Source: Deltaproteobacteria bacterium (lineage in GTDB: Bacteria; Myxococcota_A; UBA9160; SMWR01). Taken from it: a stretch of DNA of 64,000 bases. The position numbers were made by a program, and so were the translations under genes. Under the pieces are notes generated by a model. The model made no database searches, was not told the origin of the DNA, and worked only from the letters and a program-made list of their open reading frames with translations. Each line of letters opens with the position of its first letter. The stretch's first letter is position 1. Below, in pieces: positions 36,509 to 46,034 of the stretch. The stretch lies in assembly GCA_032128115.1 (NCBI GenBank), contig JAQBHB010000047.1:64001-128000 (forward strand), given 5' to 3'.

Positions 36509-37738
36509 TCAGGGTGCCAGCACCCGGAGGTACGCATCCACTGCTCGATCCCTCGTGAAGAAGTTGCCGCGCGACTTCACGTAACGGCGGGGGAGGGGCT
36601 TCTCCAGGCGATCGATGAGTGCCATGGCCATCGCATCCGCATCGCCAACGGGGACGAGACTCCCGAATTGACCAGACGCCAGGATCTCGGCGGGTCCACT
36701 TCTGCAGTCCGTGCTGACCACCGTCGCACCACAGGCCAGGGCCTCGATCACGACGTTGGCGAGGCCCTCCCGGCGCGAGGACAATGCGAAAACCGTCGAG
36801 CGCGCCATGAAGGCATATGGATTCGCCTGGAAGCCCAGGAAGGCGACGGAATCGGCCAGGCCGAGCCTTCGGGCCAGGCCCATGAGATCTGACTTCATGG
36901 GGCCGTCGCCTAGAATCACGAGCCGCGAATCGAGTACGCCGCGAACCTGACGAAAGGCCCGCAACAACATTGCGAAATCCTTCCTCGGCTTCAGCATTCC
37001 GGCGCTGAGCACGATCGGGGGACCATCACCCTGGAACCACGGATGATCGACCGGTGACCGCGCCATCTCGTGGAGCTCCGGCGAAACCACCGGATTGTAT
37101 ATGCATTCAACGCGGTTCCGCGGAATTCCTGCCAGCATTGCGACGTCTAGGGCCACCCCGTTCGAAACCGCAACAACCGCATCGGCGCGAAGGCAGAATT
37201 CGCGCACCAACCGCAGCTTCCACGCCTTGCGAGGGCTTGCAGCGGAAAGGTGGTTGTGCTGACTGGCCTCGATTCGAGTGTTCAAGCCCGCCACGCTCCG
37301 GGCGATGGTGGTCATCACGTTGGCGTAGGTGCCTGCTGTCAGGATCGCGTCAGGGCGCCGGGCACGCAGGTACTCCAGGAGGCTGGGGAAGCTGGCCGTC
37401 TCTGGAGACAGCAGCAATCGCCAGCCGTTCGGAATTTCTCTTCCCAGGTTCGCGAGGGCCCGGATCCGGCTGCGCTTTGCGAGGAAAACGCTTTCGAATG
37501 CAGCCGCTGTACTCCGGATGGTCACCCCTCGCCTGCGAGGGCTCACCACGTCCACGCTGTGCCCTCGCTGGCCGAGACCCTCGGCCAGCGCCAGGATCGT
37601 CCGTCCAACTCCGCCCCCGTCGTCCGAGCGGAGCATCAACGAGAATCGTCGGGGCGCATGGTTCCGGAAAAAGGGGCCATCCGATGAGTCCGCCTGGCCG
37701 GCGGAACCGGGCGTTTCGCCTCGATGATGCACCCCCAT
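36509..37738 (-). CDS. GT4 glycosyltransferase (start uncertain)
   Basis: GGGVGR, IYNPV, NPYAFM, SRREGLANVVIEALACG, STDCRSGPAEIL. Confidence 0.88.
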   Translation of the reverse strand: MGVHHRGETPGSAGQADSSDGPFFRNHAPRRFSLMLRSDDGGGVGRTILALAEGLGQRGHSVDVVSPRRRGVTIRSTAAAFESVFLAKRSRIRALANLGREIPNGWRLLLSPETASFPSLLEYLRARRPDAILTAGTYANVMTTIARSVAGLNTRIEASQHNHLSAASPRKAWKLRLVREFCLRADAVVAVSNGVALDVAMLAGIPRNRVECIYNPVVSPELHEMARSPVDHPWFQGDGPPIVLSAGMLKPRKDFAMLLRAFRQVRGVLDSRLVILGDGPMKSDLMGLARRLGLADSVAFLGFQANPYAFMARSTVFALSSRREGLANVVIEALACGATVVSTDCRSGPAEILASGQFGSLVPVGDADAMAMALIDRLEKPLPRRYVKSRGNFFTRDRAVDAYLRVLAP

Positions 37739-37959
37739 GCATGTCAACGGATAGCTGATCCGTTGGACACACTCAAGAATGTCCGTGCCGTCATCGGCAC
37801 GCGCATTGGCGGTCAGCCGGGCCCGTTGAGACTGGCGGTTTCTGCTGGCAGTTCCGCCACGACCGTGCAAGCCTGCTGTTCGCCACCTCGTTTGGATTAC
37901 GGGATCTGGGGCGAACTCGCGGAGTGCAAAAAGTCGGCTTGCAGAAGAGATACAGACCC

Positions 37960-39102
37960 ATGGAAACGGCCACCCCCGGTAGGGCGGACGGCGGGCCTCG
38001 CCTGATCGCATTTCACCTGCCCCAGTTCCACCCCATTCCCGAGAACGACGTCGCGTGGGGCCGGGGCTTCACCGAGTGGACCCACGTGGCGCGCGCCAGG
38101 CGGCTCTATCCCGGCCACTACCAGCCCAGGTTGCCCGCTGACCTTGGCTTTTACGATCTGCGCGTTCCGGAGGCGCGTGTCGCGCAAGCGGATCTGGCGC
38201 GCCACTACGGAATCGAGGGCTTCTGCTTCTGGCACTACTGGTTCGGGGGCCGTCGCGTACTGGAGCGCCCGGTCCAGGAGATCATATCGAGTGGCGAGCC
38301 GGATTTTCCGTTCTGCCTGGGCTGGGGCAATGCCAGCTGGACGGGTGTCTGGTATGGCGCACCGGATCGCGTGCTGATCGAGCAGACCTACCCGGGACAC
38401 GAGGATCACAGGGCGCATTTTGAAGCGCTGCTCCCGGCGTTTCGCGACGAGCGCTACATCCGGGTCGACAATCGTCCCCTCTTGCTGGTGTTCAAGCCCC
38501 TTGATATTCCCGAGACGGCCGGGTTCTGCAGGCTCTGGCGCGATCTCGCGAAGCGTGCGGGGCTGCCGGGCCTCCACCTGGTCGGGTTCGGCAAGTCCGG
38601 CTGGGATCCCCGGCGTCACGGCTTCGACGCCTCGGTTCTCCACGGGCCGAGGCTTCCGTGGCCGCGACTGGGACGTTCTCTGCGGAAGCGGTTGCTGCCT
38701 CGCCTGGGCGTGCCCTCGGTCTTCTCCTATCGGGCGTTCGTTCGTCGTGGTTTTCCCGAGGTTGCGTCGCCTCAGCACTATCCGGTGGCGGTCCCCAGCT
38801 GGGACAACACACCGCGTGTCGGACGGCGTGGCTCGATCCTCCACGGTGCGACCCCGGAGCTGTTTCGATTGCATCTTCGCGAGGCACTGGGGCGCGTAGC
38901 AGAGCGGCCGCCTGAGCACCGGATCGTCTTCCTCAAATCCTGGAACGAATGGGCGGAGGGCAACTACCTGGAGCCGGACCACCGATTCGGCCACGGTTTC
39001 CTCAGGGTCGTTGGGGAAGAAGCTCGCCTCGCGCAAGCGCAGTGGCGCGGGGATGAGAGTGGTGCCGAGCTATCCCGGGTCGAGGCTCAGCTGCGCCCGT
39101 GA
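37960..39102 (+). CDS. WbsX-like glycosyltransferase / GH99-like domain protein
   Basis: LIAFHLPQFHPIPEND..WGRGFTEW, LGFYDLR, WDNTPR, SWNEWAEGNYLEPD. Confidence 0.9.
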   Translation: METATPGRADGGPRLIAFHLPQFHPIPENDVAWGRGFTEWTHVARARRLYPGHYQPRLPADLGFYDLRVPEARVAQADLARHYGIEGFCFWHYWFGGRRVLERPVQEIISSGEPDFPFCLGWGNASWTGVWYGAPDRVLIEQTYPGHEDHRAHFEALLPAFRDERYIRVDNRPLLLVFKPLDIPETAGFCRLWRDLAKRAGLPGLHLVGFGKSGWDPRRHGFDASVLHGPRLPWPRLGRSLRKRLLPRLGVPSVFSYRAFVRRGFPEVASPQHYPVAVPSWDNTPRVGRRGSILHGATPELFRLHLREALGRVAERPPEHRIVFLKSWNEWAEGNYLEPDHRFGHGFLRVVGEEARLAQAQWRGDESGAELSRVEAQLRP

Positions 39103-40820
39103 GCGGAAGTCCGGGAGGTGGGAGGACTCTCTGCGATCACGCGCCCGATCTTTCCGGCCTCGACCCGGTAGATTCGATCCGCAACCGAAGCGAGCTGCGG
39201 CTGATGCGAAATCGCGAGGATCGTCAGTTCGCGATGCAGGCGGCGCATGGATGCCCAGATTGCAGACTCGGTATCGGAGTCGAGTCCCGAAGTGGCTTCA
39301 TCCATGATCAGAAGCTTCGGCTGGTGCACGAGCGCTCTTGCGATCGAGATGCGCTGCCGCTGACCCCCGGAAAGCCGTGACCCGCGTTCGCCCACGAGGG
39401 TGTCGACACCCTCGGGCAGCCGTGCCACGAAGTCCCAGGCACCCGCCAGGCGCAGGGCGCTCTCCACCTCCGGTTCGGCGATATCCTCTCCAAGCGTCAC
39501 GTTCGTACGCACCGATTCGTGCAGCAGGAACATCTCCTGGGGCACGTAGCCGATCATGCCGCGCCAGGCGTGGACGTCGATGTCTTCCAGCGGCACTCCA
39601 TCGATCCTGACCTGGCCGGAGTCGGGTTGGAGGAGCCCACAGACGAGATCGACGACGCTCGTCTTTCCCTCGCCTGACGCACCCACGAGCGCGGTGATCT
39701 GGCCGGCTCGAATCTCCATCGACGCCGCGTCCAGGATACGGTGGTCGTCGTAGCTGAATGCCACCCGATCCAGGCTGATCCCGTGCACGAGGGACGGGGT
39801 GCGACCCCCGCCGGTGGATTCCTGCTGGTGTTCCGCATGGGCGATCCGGTCCCGCAAGGCCCAATAGGCGCTCTCGTCGACGCACATCTGCTGGTACTGG
39901 CGCTGTGCCTTTCCCACGCTGGACATCATGTTGGTGAAGACCAGCGCCAGGATTCCCAGTTCGACGAGGGGAATCTTCCAGTAGGTCGCGGCGGCGTAGA
40001 TACCCGCCGCCGCGAAGATGGCGTTCAGGGGCATCTGGACCGCCTTTCGCGCCTCGATGGACAGCACCTGCTTGCGGAGCGCGCGGTCGAGGCTCCGCGT
40101 GTCCTTCTCGAGCAGCGAGCCCAGGAGAGACTCTCTCGACATGGCCTTGAGCGGCTTCACGGCCTGCAGGCTGTCGGCCAGGCGGCGCAGGAGGGAGTGC
40201 ATGAGCAGGGTCTGCTTCTGGCCGGCGCGGCGGGTGAGTCTCACGAAGTAGCGCATGGCACTCGTCACGATGCCAGCGGCGACGAGCGCGGCGAGCATGA
40301 ATTCCCAGGAGACCGCGAAGGCGATGGCCAGATACAGGCATGCCTGAATGGACAGGGAGACGACCGTCCCGCCATTCATGTATGCGAGGGCCGCGCGACC
40401 GGCCTCTGCGGACATTGCGTTGGAGACCGCGCCGACTGATTGCTGCGTGTAGTAGCTCCAGCGAGCGGTCGCAAGCGCCCGGAGGAGCGCGAGCCTCAGA
40501 TCGGTGATCATCCGGGCCGCCGTGTAGCCCACCTGTCGTCTGGCCAGGAGCAGGAGGGCACTCTGGGCGACGGTGGCCACGACGAAGAGAGACAGCAGGT
40601 TGCCCAGCGTGGCCTCGATTCCGAGCGCGTCGAGCGAGCTTCCCACCACCCGCTGCAGGGTGCTGGGCTCTTCGCTCGTCTCCGAGCCGATGAGGACGGC
40701 CAACAGGGGCAGGAGCATGGAGAGGCCGACGCCTTCCGCTGCGACCCCAACCAGCAGGCACGCGATCATCAGCGCCGAGCGCGCCGGATAGGTGCGGGTG
40801 ATGTCGAGGAGCAGGTTCAT
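39087..40820 (-). CDS. MsbA/PglK-like ABC exporter (TMD plus ATPase)
   Basis: N-terminal TM domain; GASGEGKT, LSGGQRQR, IMDEATSGLD, ISH. Confidence 0.92.
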   Translation of the reverse strand: MNLLLDITRTYPARSALMIACLLVGVAAEGVGLSMLLPLLAVLIGSETSEEPSTLQRVVGSSLDALGIEATLGNLLSLFVVATVAQSALLLLARRQVGYTAARMITDLRLALLRALATARWSYYTQQSVGAVSNAMSAEAGRAALAYMNGGTVVSLSIQACLYLAIAFAVSWEFMLAALVAAGIVTSAMRYFVRLTRRAGQKQTLLMHSLLRRLADSLQAVKPLKAMSRESLLGSLLEKDTRSLDRALRKQVLSIEARKAVQMPLNAIFAAAGIYAAATYWKIPLVELGILALVFTNMMSSVGKAQRQYQQMCVDESAYWALRDRIAHAEHQQESTGGGRTPSLVHGISLDRVAFSYDDHRILDAASMEIRAGQITALVGASGEGKTSVVDLVCGLLQPDSGQVRIDGVPLEDIDVHAWRGMIGYVPQEMFLLHESVRTNVTLGEDIAEPEVESALRLAGAWDFVARLPEGVDTLVGERGSRLSGGQRQRISIARALVHQPKLLIMDEATSGLDSDTESAIWASMRRLHRELTILAISHQPQLASVADRIYRVEAGKIGRVIAESPPTSRTSAHGRS

Positions 40821-40878
40821 TTTCAGGCCTCTGCAGCCCGCAGGGCGGAACTCGAAGGTCGTGCGGTCGGGCTCATGA

Positions 40879-41808
40879 TCATGTGCCGAAGCGGTAGATC
40901 ACCGGCTCCGTCTGCTCCACCGGATCCTCGATGCCGTGCCGACAGCGGGGCTGCCAGGGAAGCTGGAATCGCTCGAAGTTGGGGCTCTCCTGCGTGCGGT
41001 GTGCCTGCGGCTCGTGCCACAGGTGAAAAGCACGCGCCTCCCTCACAACGCTGATGGAGCGTGCCCCCGAACGGTGCATCCTCCGGGCCAGGTCATCGTC
41101 TTCCATGCCCCATCCCTGAAAGGTTTCGTCGTACCCGTTCAGCGCTCGCATCCTCTCCCAGCCGACGCTGTGGTGGGCGCCGAGAACAGTGGGTTTGTGG
41201 GGCGCGGCAAGCCCAAGGCGGCGGAGGAATGCCTTTCGCAGGTGTTTCCCGTGGCGCCTGGAGAACTCCCGACGCTCCTCGGGATCCGACGGCCCAGGCC
41301 GGGGGCCCGGCTCGACGCAATCGGGATCCAGCGCGGAGGTCTCCTCCCGCCCGAGATTTACCCGATGGCCCAACACCAGGTCGCCCCGGTCTCCCGCTCG
41401 AGCGTGGACGGCGATGGCCCGGGGAGCCAGGCAGATGTCCCCATCGAGCAGGACCAGCTGGGTTCCGCGCAGGCCCTCCTCCCCGAAATCGGCGGTCAGG
41501 GCGCGGATCCCGTTGTTGCGAACCTGGGCCACGCGCGTGATCCCATGGTGCCTGCGCTGCACCACGCGCAGCGGAAGCTTCCAGCGCTCGGATCCCTCGG
41601 CCGCGACCTTCCGAATATCGGCGTGGTCCGTGTCACAGCTGACCGTGACAGAGACGGCCGCCACCTCCTGATGTGCCAGGCCCCAAAGGACCCAGGAGAG
41701 GTGGCGGCTCGTGTGAGTACTGACGATGACGTGAACCCGCTTGGGCATCCTGGCGGTCGCATTCGGTGGCGGGGGTGACGCAGAGGATACATCACACCTG
41801 GGATTCAC
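40879..41808 (-). CDS. GT2 glycosyltransferase with GT7-C-like C-terminus
   Basis: AQVRNNGI, LLDGD, NGYDETFQGWGMEDDDL, HLWH; GTG overlaps the stop of the upstream TylF remnant. Confidence 0.85.
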   Translation of the reverse strand: MNPRCDVSSASPPPPNATARMPKRVHVIVSTHTSRHLSWVLWGLAHQEVAAVSVTVSCDTDHADIRKVAAEGSERWKLPLRVVQRRHHGITRVAQVRNNGIRALTADFGEEGLRGTQLVLLDGDICLAPRAIAVHARAGDRGDLVLGHRVNLGREETSALDPDCVEPGPRPGPSDPEERREFSRRHGKHLRKAFLRRLGLAAPHKPTVLGAHHSVGWERMRALNGYDETFQGWGMEDDDLARRMHRSGARSISVVREARAFHLWHEPQAHRTQESPNFERFQLPWQPRCRHGIEDPVEQTEPVIYRFGT

Positions 41809-42103
41809 ACCTGCCAGTAGACCGCGTGTCGATCGATCGGGTGGAGCTTGGCCTCGGCGCCCTGTTCTTGAAGGAACTCGGTTACCTTGGAGGAACCCGG
41901 TTACCGCCTCACGGCACGGGGGCCAGGAATGGTCTCTCGCCGCTCAGGTCGTATCGCTCCTCGGCCCGATCGGCTGCCAGGCTCGGTCGTTTCAGGCTCC
42001 AGGAACTCTCTTCGTAGAGAGAGGCGGTAAGGCAGCATTTCAGCAGATCCAGGTAGGCATCTCTGGGGTCGTTCCCCACTGCTTGAGCCAGGGCACTGGC
42101 CAT
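41805..42103 (-). pseudogene. Deleted and frameshifted TylF/MycF/NovP-family O-methyltransferase remnant
   Basis: N-terminus RDAYLDLLKCCLTASLY; other frames give HSWPPCREAVT and VTEFLQEQGAEAKLHPIDRHAVYWQV*; only about 300 bp remain. Confidence 0.75.
41868..41905 (+). repeat. 19-bp tandem duplication (2 mismatches) inside the TylF remnant
   Basis: ttgaaggaactcggttacc / ttggaggaacccggttacc. Confidence 0.85.
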
Positions 42104-42157
42104 CCGCTTCCGGCATCCATGGAATCCCGCTAGCGTCATCTACGCATAGGGGGGGGC

Positions 42158-42916
42158 ATGTTCGAAAGGTGGGCGCGGTCGCCGCGGCTCATGCGCTATG
42201 CGCGCCAATACCGCAATGTGGAGGGCTGGTTCAACAGGAAGAGCGTCCTGCTCTGGGATGCTTTCCTCGAGTTCCAGGAGAGAGCCGATATCCGAGGCCA
42301 TTTTCTCGAAATCGGTGTCTACCGCGGAAAGTCGGCGTTTCTCTCGACACTCTACAGCCGACCCGATGAGCAGTGCTGGTTCATCGATCTCCACATCGAC
42401 CCCGATTTCCGCAGGTCGATGGAAACCCTCAAGCCCGAAAACGCCCACTATCTCGAGATGTCGTCCTTCGACCTCGATCGCCACGCACACGCCTGCTTCC
42501 AGGAGGCCGGCCGCTTTCGCTGGATCCACATCGACGGGAATCACGGCGAACGGGCGGTCCTCAACGATCTTCAGATCGCGTCCGAACTGCTGGGGCCTGA
42601 CGGTGTCGTCGTGGTGGACGATTTTCTTTGCGCGTCCTGGCCCGGCGTGTCCGAGGGGGTGTTCCGCTATCTGCATGACCACGGGAACCGACTCGCGCTG
42701 TTCCTCTCGGGATTCAACAAGGGCTATCTGGTGCAGGTGGATGCCCTGGATCGCTACCGCGATTTCGTTCGCGATGGATTGTCAGCCCATCTTCGATCGC
42801 GGCGTTTCCGCGATTTCAGCCTCTTCGCGCCTGGCGCCGCGGACACCGGCGGCAGCACTCCCAGCTACGGCATCGGCAAGCGTTTCCGCGACCGCGATGT
42901 CGTCGTGTCGAACTGA
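42158..42916 (+). CDS. Class I SAM-dependent methyltransferase (Methyltransf_24-like)
   Basis: VEGWF, LEIGVYRGKS, IHIDGNH, GVVVVDDF. Confidence 0.88.
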   Translation: MFERWARSPRLMRYARQYRNVEGWFNRKSVLLWDAFLEFQERADIRGHFLEIGVYRGKSAFLSTLYSRPDEQCWFIDLHIDPDFRRSMETLKPENAHYLEMSSFDLDRHAHACFQEAGRFRWIHIDGNHGERAVLNDLQIASELLGPDGVVVVDDFLCASWPGVSEGVFRYLHDHGNRLALFLSGFNKGYLVQVDALDRYRDFVRDGLSAHLRSRRFRDFSLFAPGAADTGGSTPSYGIGKRFRDRDVVVSN

Positions 42917-42928
42917 GGAGCAGGGAAC

Positions 42929-44326
42929 TCAGGTCCGCTCCGGCTCCAGGACCCGGTCCATGAACGCGGAGAGGCTGCGCTCGGTCCGGAATCGGGCGGC
43001 TGCAGCGCGCGAACGGGCCTCCAGTCGTTCGAATGACTTCGCCGCCTCGAGCGTCGCCGACGCGATGGACTCCGGGGTCCATCTCTCGTAGCTGACGAAT
43101 CCGGCACCCATGCGTTCCGCTTCCCGCGCGAGGAAGCTTTCGCGAGGAATGACTGTCACCAGGCCCAGCGCAAGCGATTCCAGAAAGATTCCAGACCCCT
43201 GGTAGTCGGTTTTCGGACCCGGCTCGTATGGAAACAACATGATGTCGATGTTGGCGAGGTAACGGTAATACTCGCCGATGGGAAGATTCCCCTCGCGGAG
43301 ATCGATCCGCGGCATCTCCGCGATCGGGCGGGAATCGAAGAGGTGCGACGGCGGGTTCTGGACATGCACCCGGAAGTGAACCTCTCCGTTTTGTCGGGCG
43401 ACCTCCGCGATGATCTGCGGAACCAGGTGTGACCCGCGATCGAAGCGCCAGTACCCCACGTATCCGACGCACGGGGGAGCGTCACCAACCCGCTTCGCCC
43501 GATCTTCCAGCAGGTTCGACGAGATGTAGGGGCTGCAGTAGAGCGGGGCGAGTTCGACACGGTTTCGCATCCCGCTCATTCGCATGAAGTCGTTTCGCAT
43601 CTCCCGGGTCTCGGCCAGAACGATGACCCGTTCCGGTGGGTAGGCCGCCACGCCATCGAACAGGGCTACGGCTTGTTCGTTGAAACCCCCATCGGGATCG
43701 CGATGGATGGGGTTGGCGAAGTAGATCACGGCGGTTGGGGCGTCTTCTCCTGATCGCGAGCGAAGCCAGGTTCCGATGCTGCCCGCACAACTGGTTTCGA
43801 GCGAATGGAAGATCACCACATCGTCGCGGAAGATGAATTCGCGGTCCAGCTCCAGGAACCGCAAGCGATTGAAGTCGTTCCACGCCTGGACCTTCCAGCG
43901 CCGCTTTCGCAGCTCCGACGGCGCCGGTCTCGGGGTCGACAGATGGGCGGGGGGGACGCTCTGCCAACGGGAACCCTTGACGAAAAAGGGAACGGCCCGG
44001 AGTGCCCGGCGGAGCTCCCGCGTGAGATCCAGGCGGCCGTAGCCCAGGCTCGAGATGCCGGGGCGGCGCTCCGCCTCCGTCAAGATCGCGTGGTTCATGT
44101 TGAAGTGATGCCCGAAGTGCTCCGCCAACTCCGGGTCGAATACGTGAACGACCCGCGCCGGATTCGCAAGTCGCGTTCGAGCCCGGACCAGAGGCCGCAG
44201 ACGGAGCCGTGGGAACAGGAATCTGGCCAGGCGAAGCGCGGCGCGCGGGTGCCCTCGACGCACGAGCCTCGAAACCGCGGAAACGGAAAGCGAGCGCAAC
44301 GAAGCGATCACGCGCGGTGCGATCAC
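42929..44326 (-). CDS. GT-B glycosyltransferase
   Basis: GHHFN, VGYVGYWRFDRG, DIMLFPY..YQGSGIFLESLALG. Confidence 0.75.
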   Translation of the reverse strand: MIAPRVIASLRSLSVSAVSRLVRRGHPRAALRLARFLFPRLRLRPLVRARTRLANPARVVHVFDPELAEHFGHHFNMNHAILTEAERRPGISSLGYGRLDLTRELRRALRAVPFFVKGSRWQSVPPAHLSTPRPAPSELRKRRWKVQAWNDFNRLRFLELDREFIFRDDVVIFHSLETSCAGSIGTWLRSRSGEDAPTAVIYFANPIHRDPDGGFNEQAVALFDGVAAYPPERVIVLAETREMRNDFMRMSGMRNRVELAPLYCSPYISSNLLEDRAKRVGDAPPCVGYVGYWRFDRGSHLVPQIIAEVARQNGEVHFRVHVQNPPSHLFDSRPIAEMPRIDLREGNLPIGEYYRYLANIDIMLFPYEPGPKTDYQGSGIFLESLALGLVTVIPRESFLAREAERMGAGFVSYERWTPESIASATLEAAKSFERLEARSRAAAARFRTERSLSAFMDRVLEPERT

Positions 44327-44511
44327 GTCGCGACGGTAGCAGCGATGCGAGTAGGTGTTCTTGTCATCACTTGTGGTGATTCGGAGGGTCTTCGCGCCTG
44401 TCTCTCCAGTGTCCGCCCACAGGCCCGGTCCTCTTGCTTCGCATGGATCCCAGGGGATCGCTCGAGGAATATACCGGCCTCACCGGATCCGGTCGGATAG
44501 TATGGGTGCCC

Positions 44512-45480
44512 ATGAAGGCAGCGGTGTATTTCGAGACCGGGGCGCCGGAGGTCTTTCGTTACGAGGAGGTGGCCGATCCGGTGTGTGAGCCGGGCGGCGT
44601 GCTGATCGACGTGCGCGCGGTGAGCATCGAGGGGGGCGACGTTTTGAATCGCGCCGGCGGCATGCTGGCCGCGAAGCCCCATATCGTCGGGTATCAGTGC
44701 GCTGGCGTCGTGGCCGAGGTGGGGGCCAACGTGCGCGACCGCAGCGTGGGCCAGCGCGTGGTGGCGGTGAATCTCAACGGCTCCCACGCCGAGCGCCGGG
44801 CGGCGCCGGTGGCCAACACCTGGGTGGTGCCCGACGACGTCGATCTCGAGGAGGCCTCCTGCGTGCCCATCGCCGTGGGCACGGCCGACGACTGTCTCTT
44901 CGAGTTCGGAAGGCTGGCGGCCGGCGAAACGGCGCTCATCCACGCGGGCGCCGGTGGGGTCGGCATGGCCGCCATCCAGCTGGCCAAGCGAGCCGGCGCC
45001 ACGGTGCTGGCCACGGCCTCGAGCGACGAGAAGCTCGAACGCCTGAAGGAATTCGGCCTGGATCACGGCATCAACTATCGCGAGCGGGATTTCGTGGAAG
45101 CCGTGCGTGAGCTCACGGGGGGACGCGGGGCCGATGTGGTGCTGGATTCTATCGGCGGTCACATTCTCGAGCAGAGCATCCAGGCGGCGGCCTACCGCGG
45201 GCGCATCACCAGCGTGGGCGGCGCCGGTCGCGACGAGTACCGCCCGGATGTCACGACCCTGCGCCCCGCGAACAAGTCGCTGATCGGCATCTTCTTCGGT
45301 GCCGAGTTGGCCCTGCACCACGATCGCGTGCACCCGATGGTGGCAAACCACATCGCCGACCTGGCCAAGGGGACCCTGCGCGTGGTGATCGACAGCCGCT
45401 TCCCGCTGGCCGAGGCTGCCGAGGCCCATCGCCGCATCGAGAGCCGCCAGGCCTTCGGCCGCGTCCTGCTCATCCCCTGA
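44512..45480 (+). CDS. Quinone oxidoreductase / MDR family dehydrogenase
   Basis: MKAAVY, LIHAGAGGVGMAAIQLAK, EAHRRIESRQAFGRVLL. Confidence 0.92.
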   Translation: MKAAVYFETGAPEVFRYEEVADPVCEPGGVLIDVRAVSIEGGDVLNRAGGMLAAKPHIVGYQCAGVVAEVGANVRDRSVGQRVVAVNLNGSHAERRAAPVANTWVVPDDVDLEEASCVPIAVGTADDCLFEFGRLAAGETALIHAGAGGVGMAAIQLAKRAGATVLATASSDEKLERLKEFGLDHGINYRERDFVEAVRELTGGRGADVVLDSIGGHILEQSIQAAAYRGRITSVGGAGRDEYRPDVTTLRPANKSLIGIFFGAELALHHDRVHPMVANHIADLAKGTLRVVIDSRFPLAEAAEAHRRIESRQAFGRVLLIP

Positions 45481-45485
45481 GAAGA

Positions 45486-45941
45486 GTGGCCCCGCGAACC
45501 CTCAAGAAGTGGCTGATCGCGATCGCCGTTCTCTACCTCGTCTTTCCGCGCGACCTCGTTTTCGACTTCCTGGGGCGTGGTCTCGGCCTGATCGACGATC
45601 TGCTGGTCATGGTCCTACTGGCCTGGTTCTATCGCAGGCACCTGCGGGGCATGGCCGCGCGCGAAACGCAGGAGGGTGAGGGGCGGGAGCGCGACGCGCG
45701 TTCGAGTCGTGTGCACCCGGCGGCGTCCTGGTTTGATGCGTATGAGGTTCTGGGAATCCCCGCTTCGGCCTCCGCGGAAACGATCCGATCCGCCTACAAG
45801 GCCCGCATGAACGAATACCATCCCGACAAGGTGGCTCACCTGGGCAGGGAGCTCCAGGAACTCGCGCATCGCAAGACGTTGGAGATCCAGCAGGCGTATC
45901 AAGAGCTGGATGGAGGGATCCGATCGACGCCGCGGAGATGA
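45486..45941 (+). CDS. DUF1232-like membrane segment fused to a DjlA-type J domain
   Basis: LYLVFPRDLVFDF..GLGLIDD, then YEVLGI..EYHPDKV. Confidence 0.82.
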   Translation: MAPRTLKKWLIAIAVLYLVFPRDLVFDFLGRGLGLIDDLLVMVLLAWFYRRHLRGMAARETQEGEGRERDARSSRVHPAASWFDAYEVLGIPASASAETIRSAYKARMNEYHPDKVAHLGRELQELAHRKTLEIQQAYQELDGGIRSTPRR

Positions 45942-46034
45942 GGGCCGCGCAGCGGCTACTGCACGTAGCCGAACGAGCGGAGTCTTTCGACCCGAGCGGG
46001 ATCCTGGGCTTTGGATCTGTCCTCGAGCGCTCGC

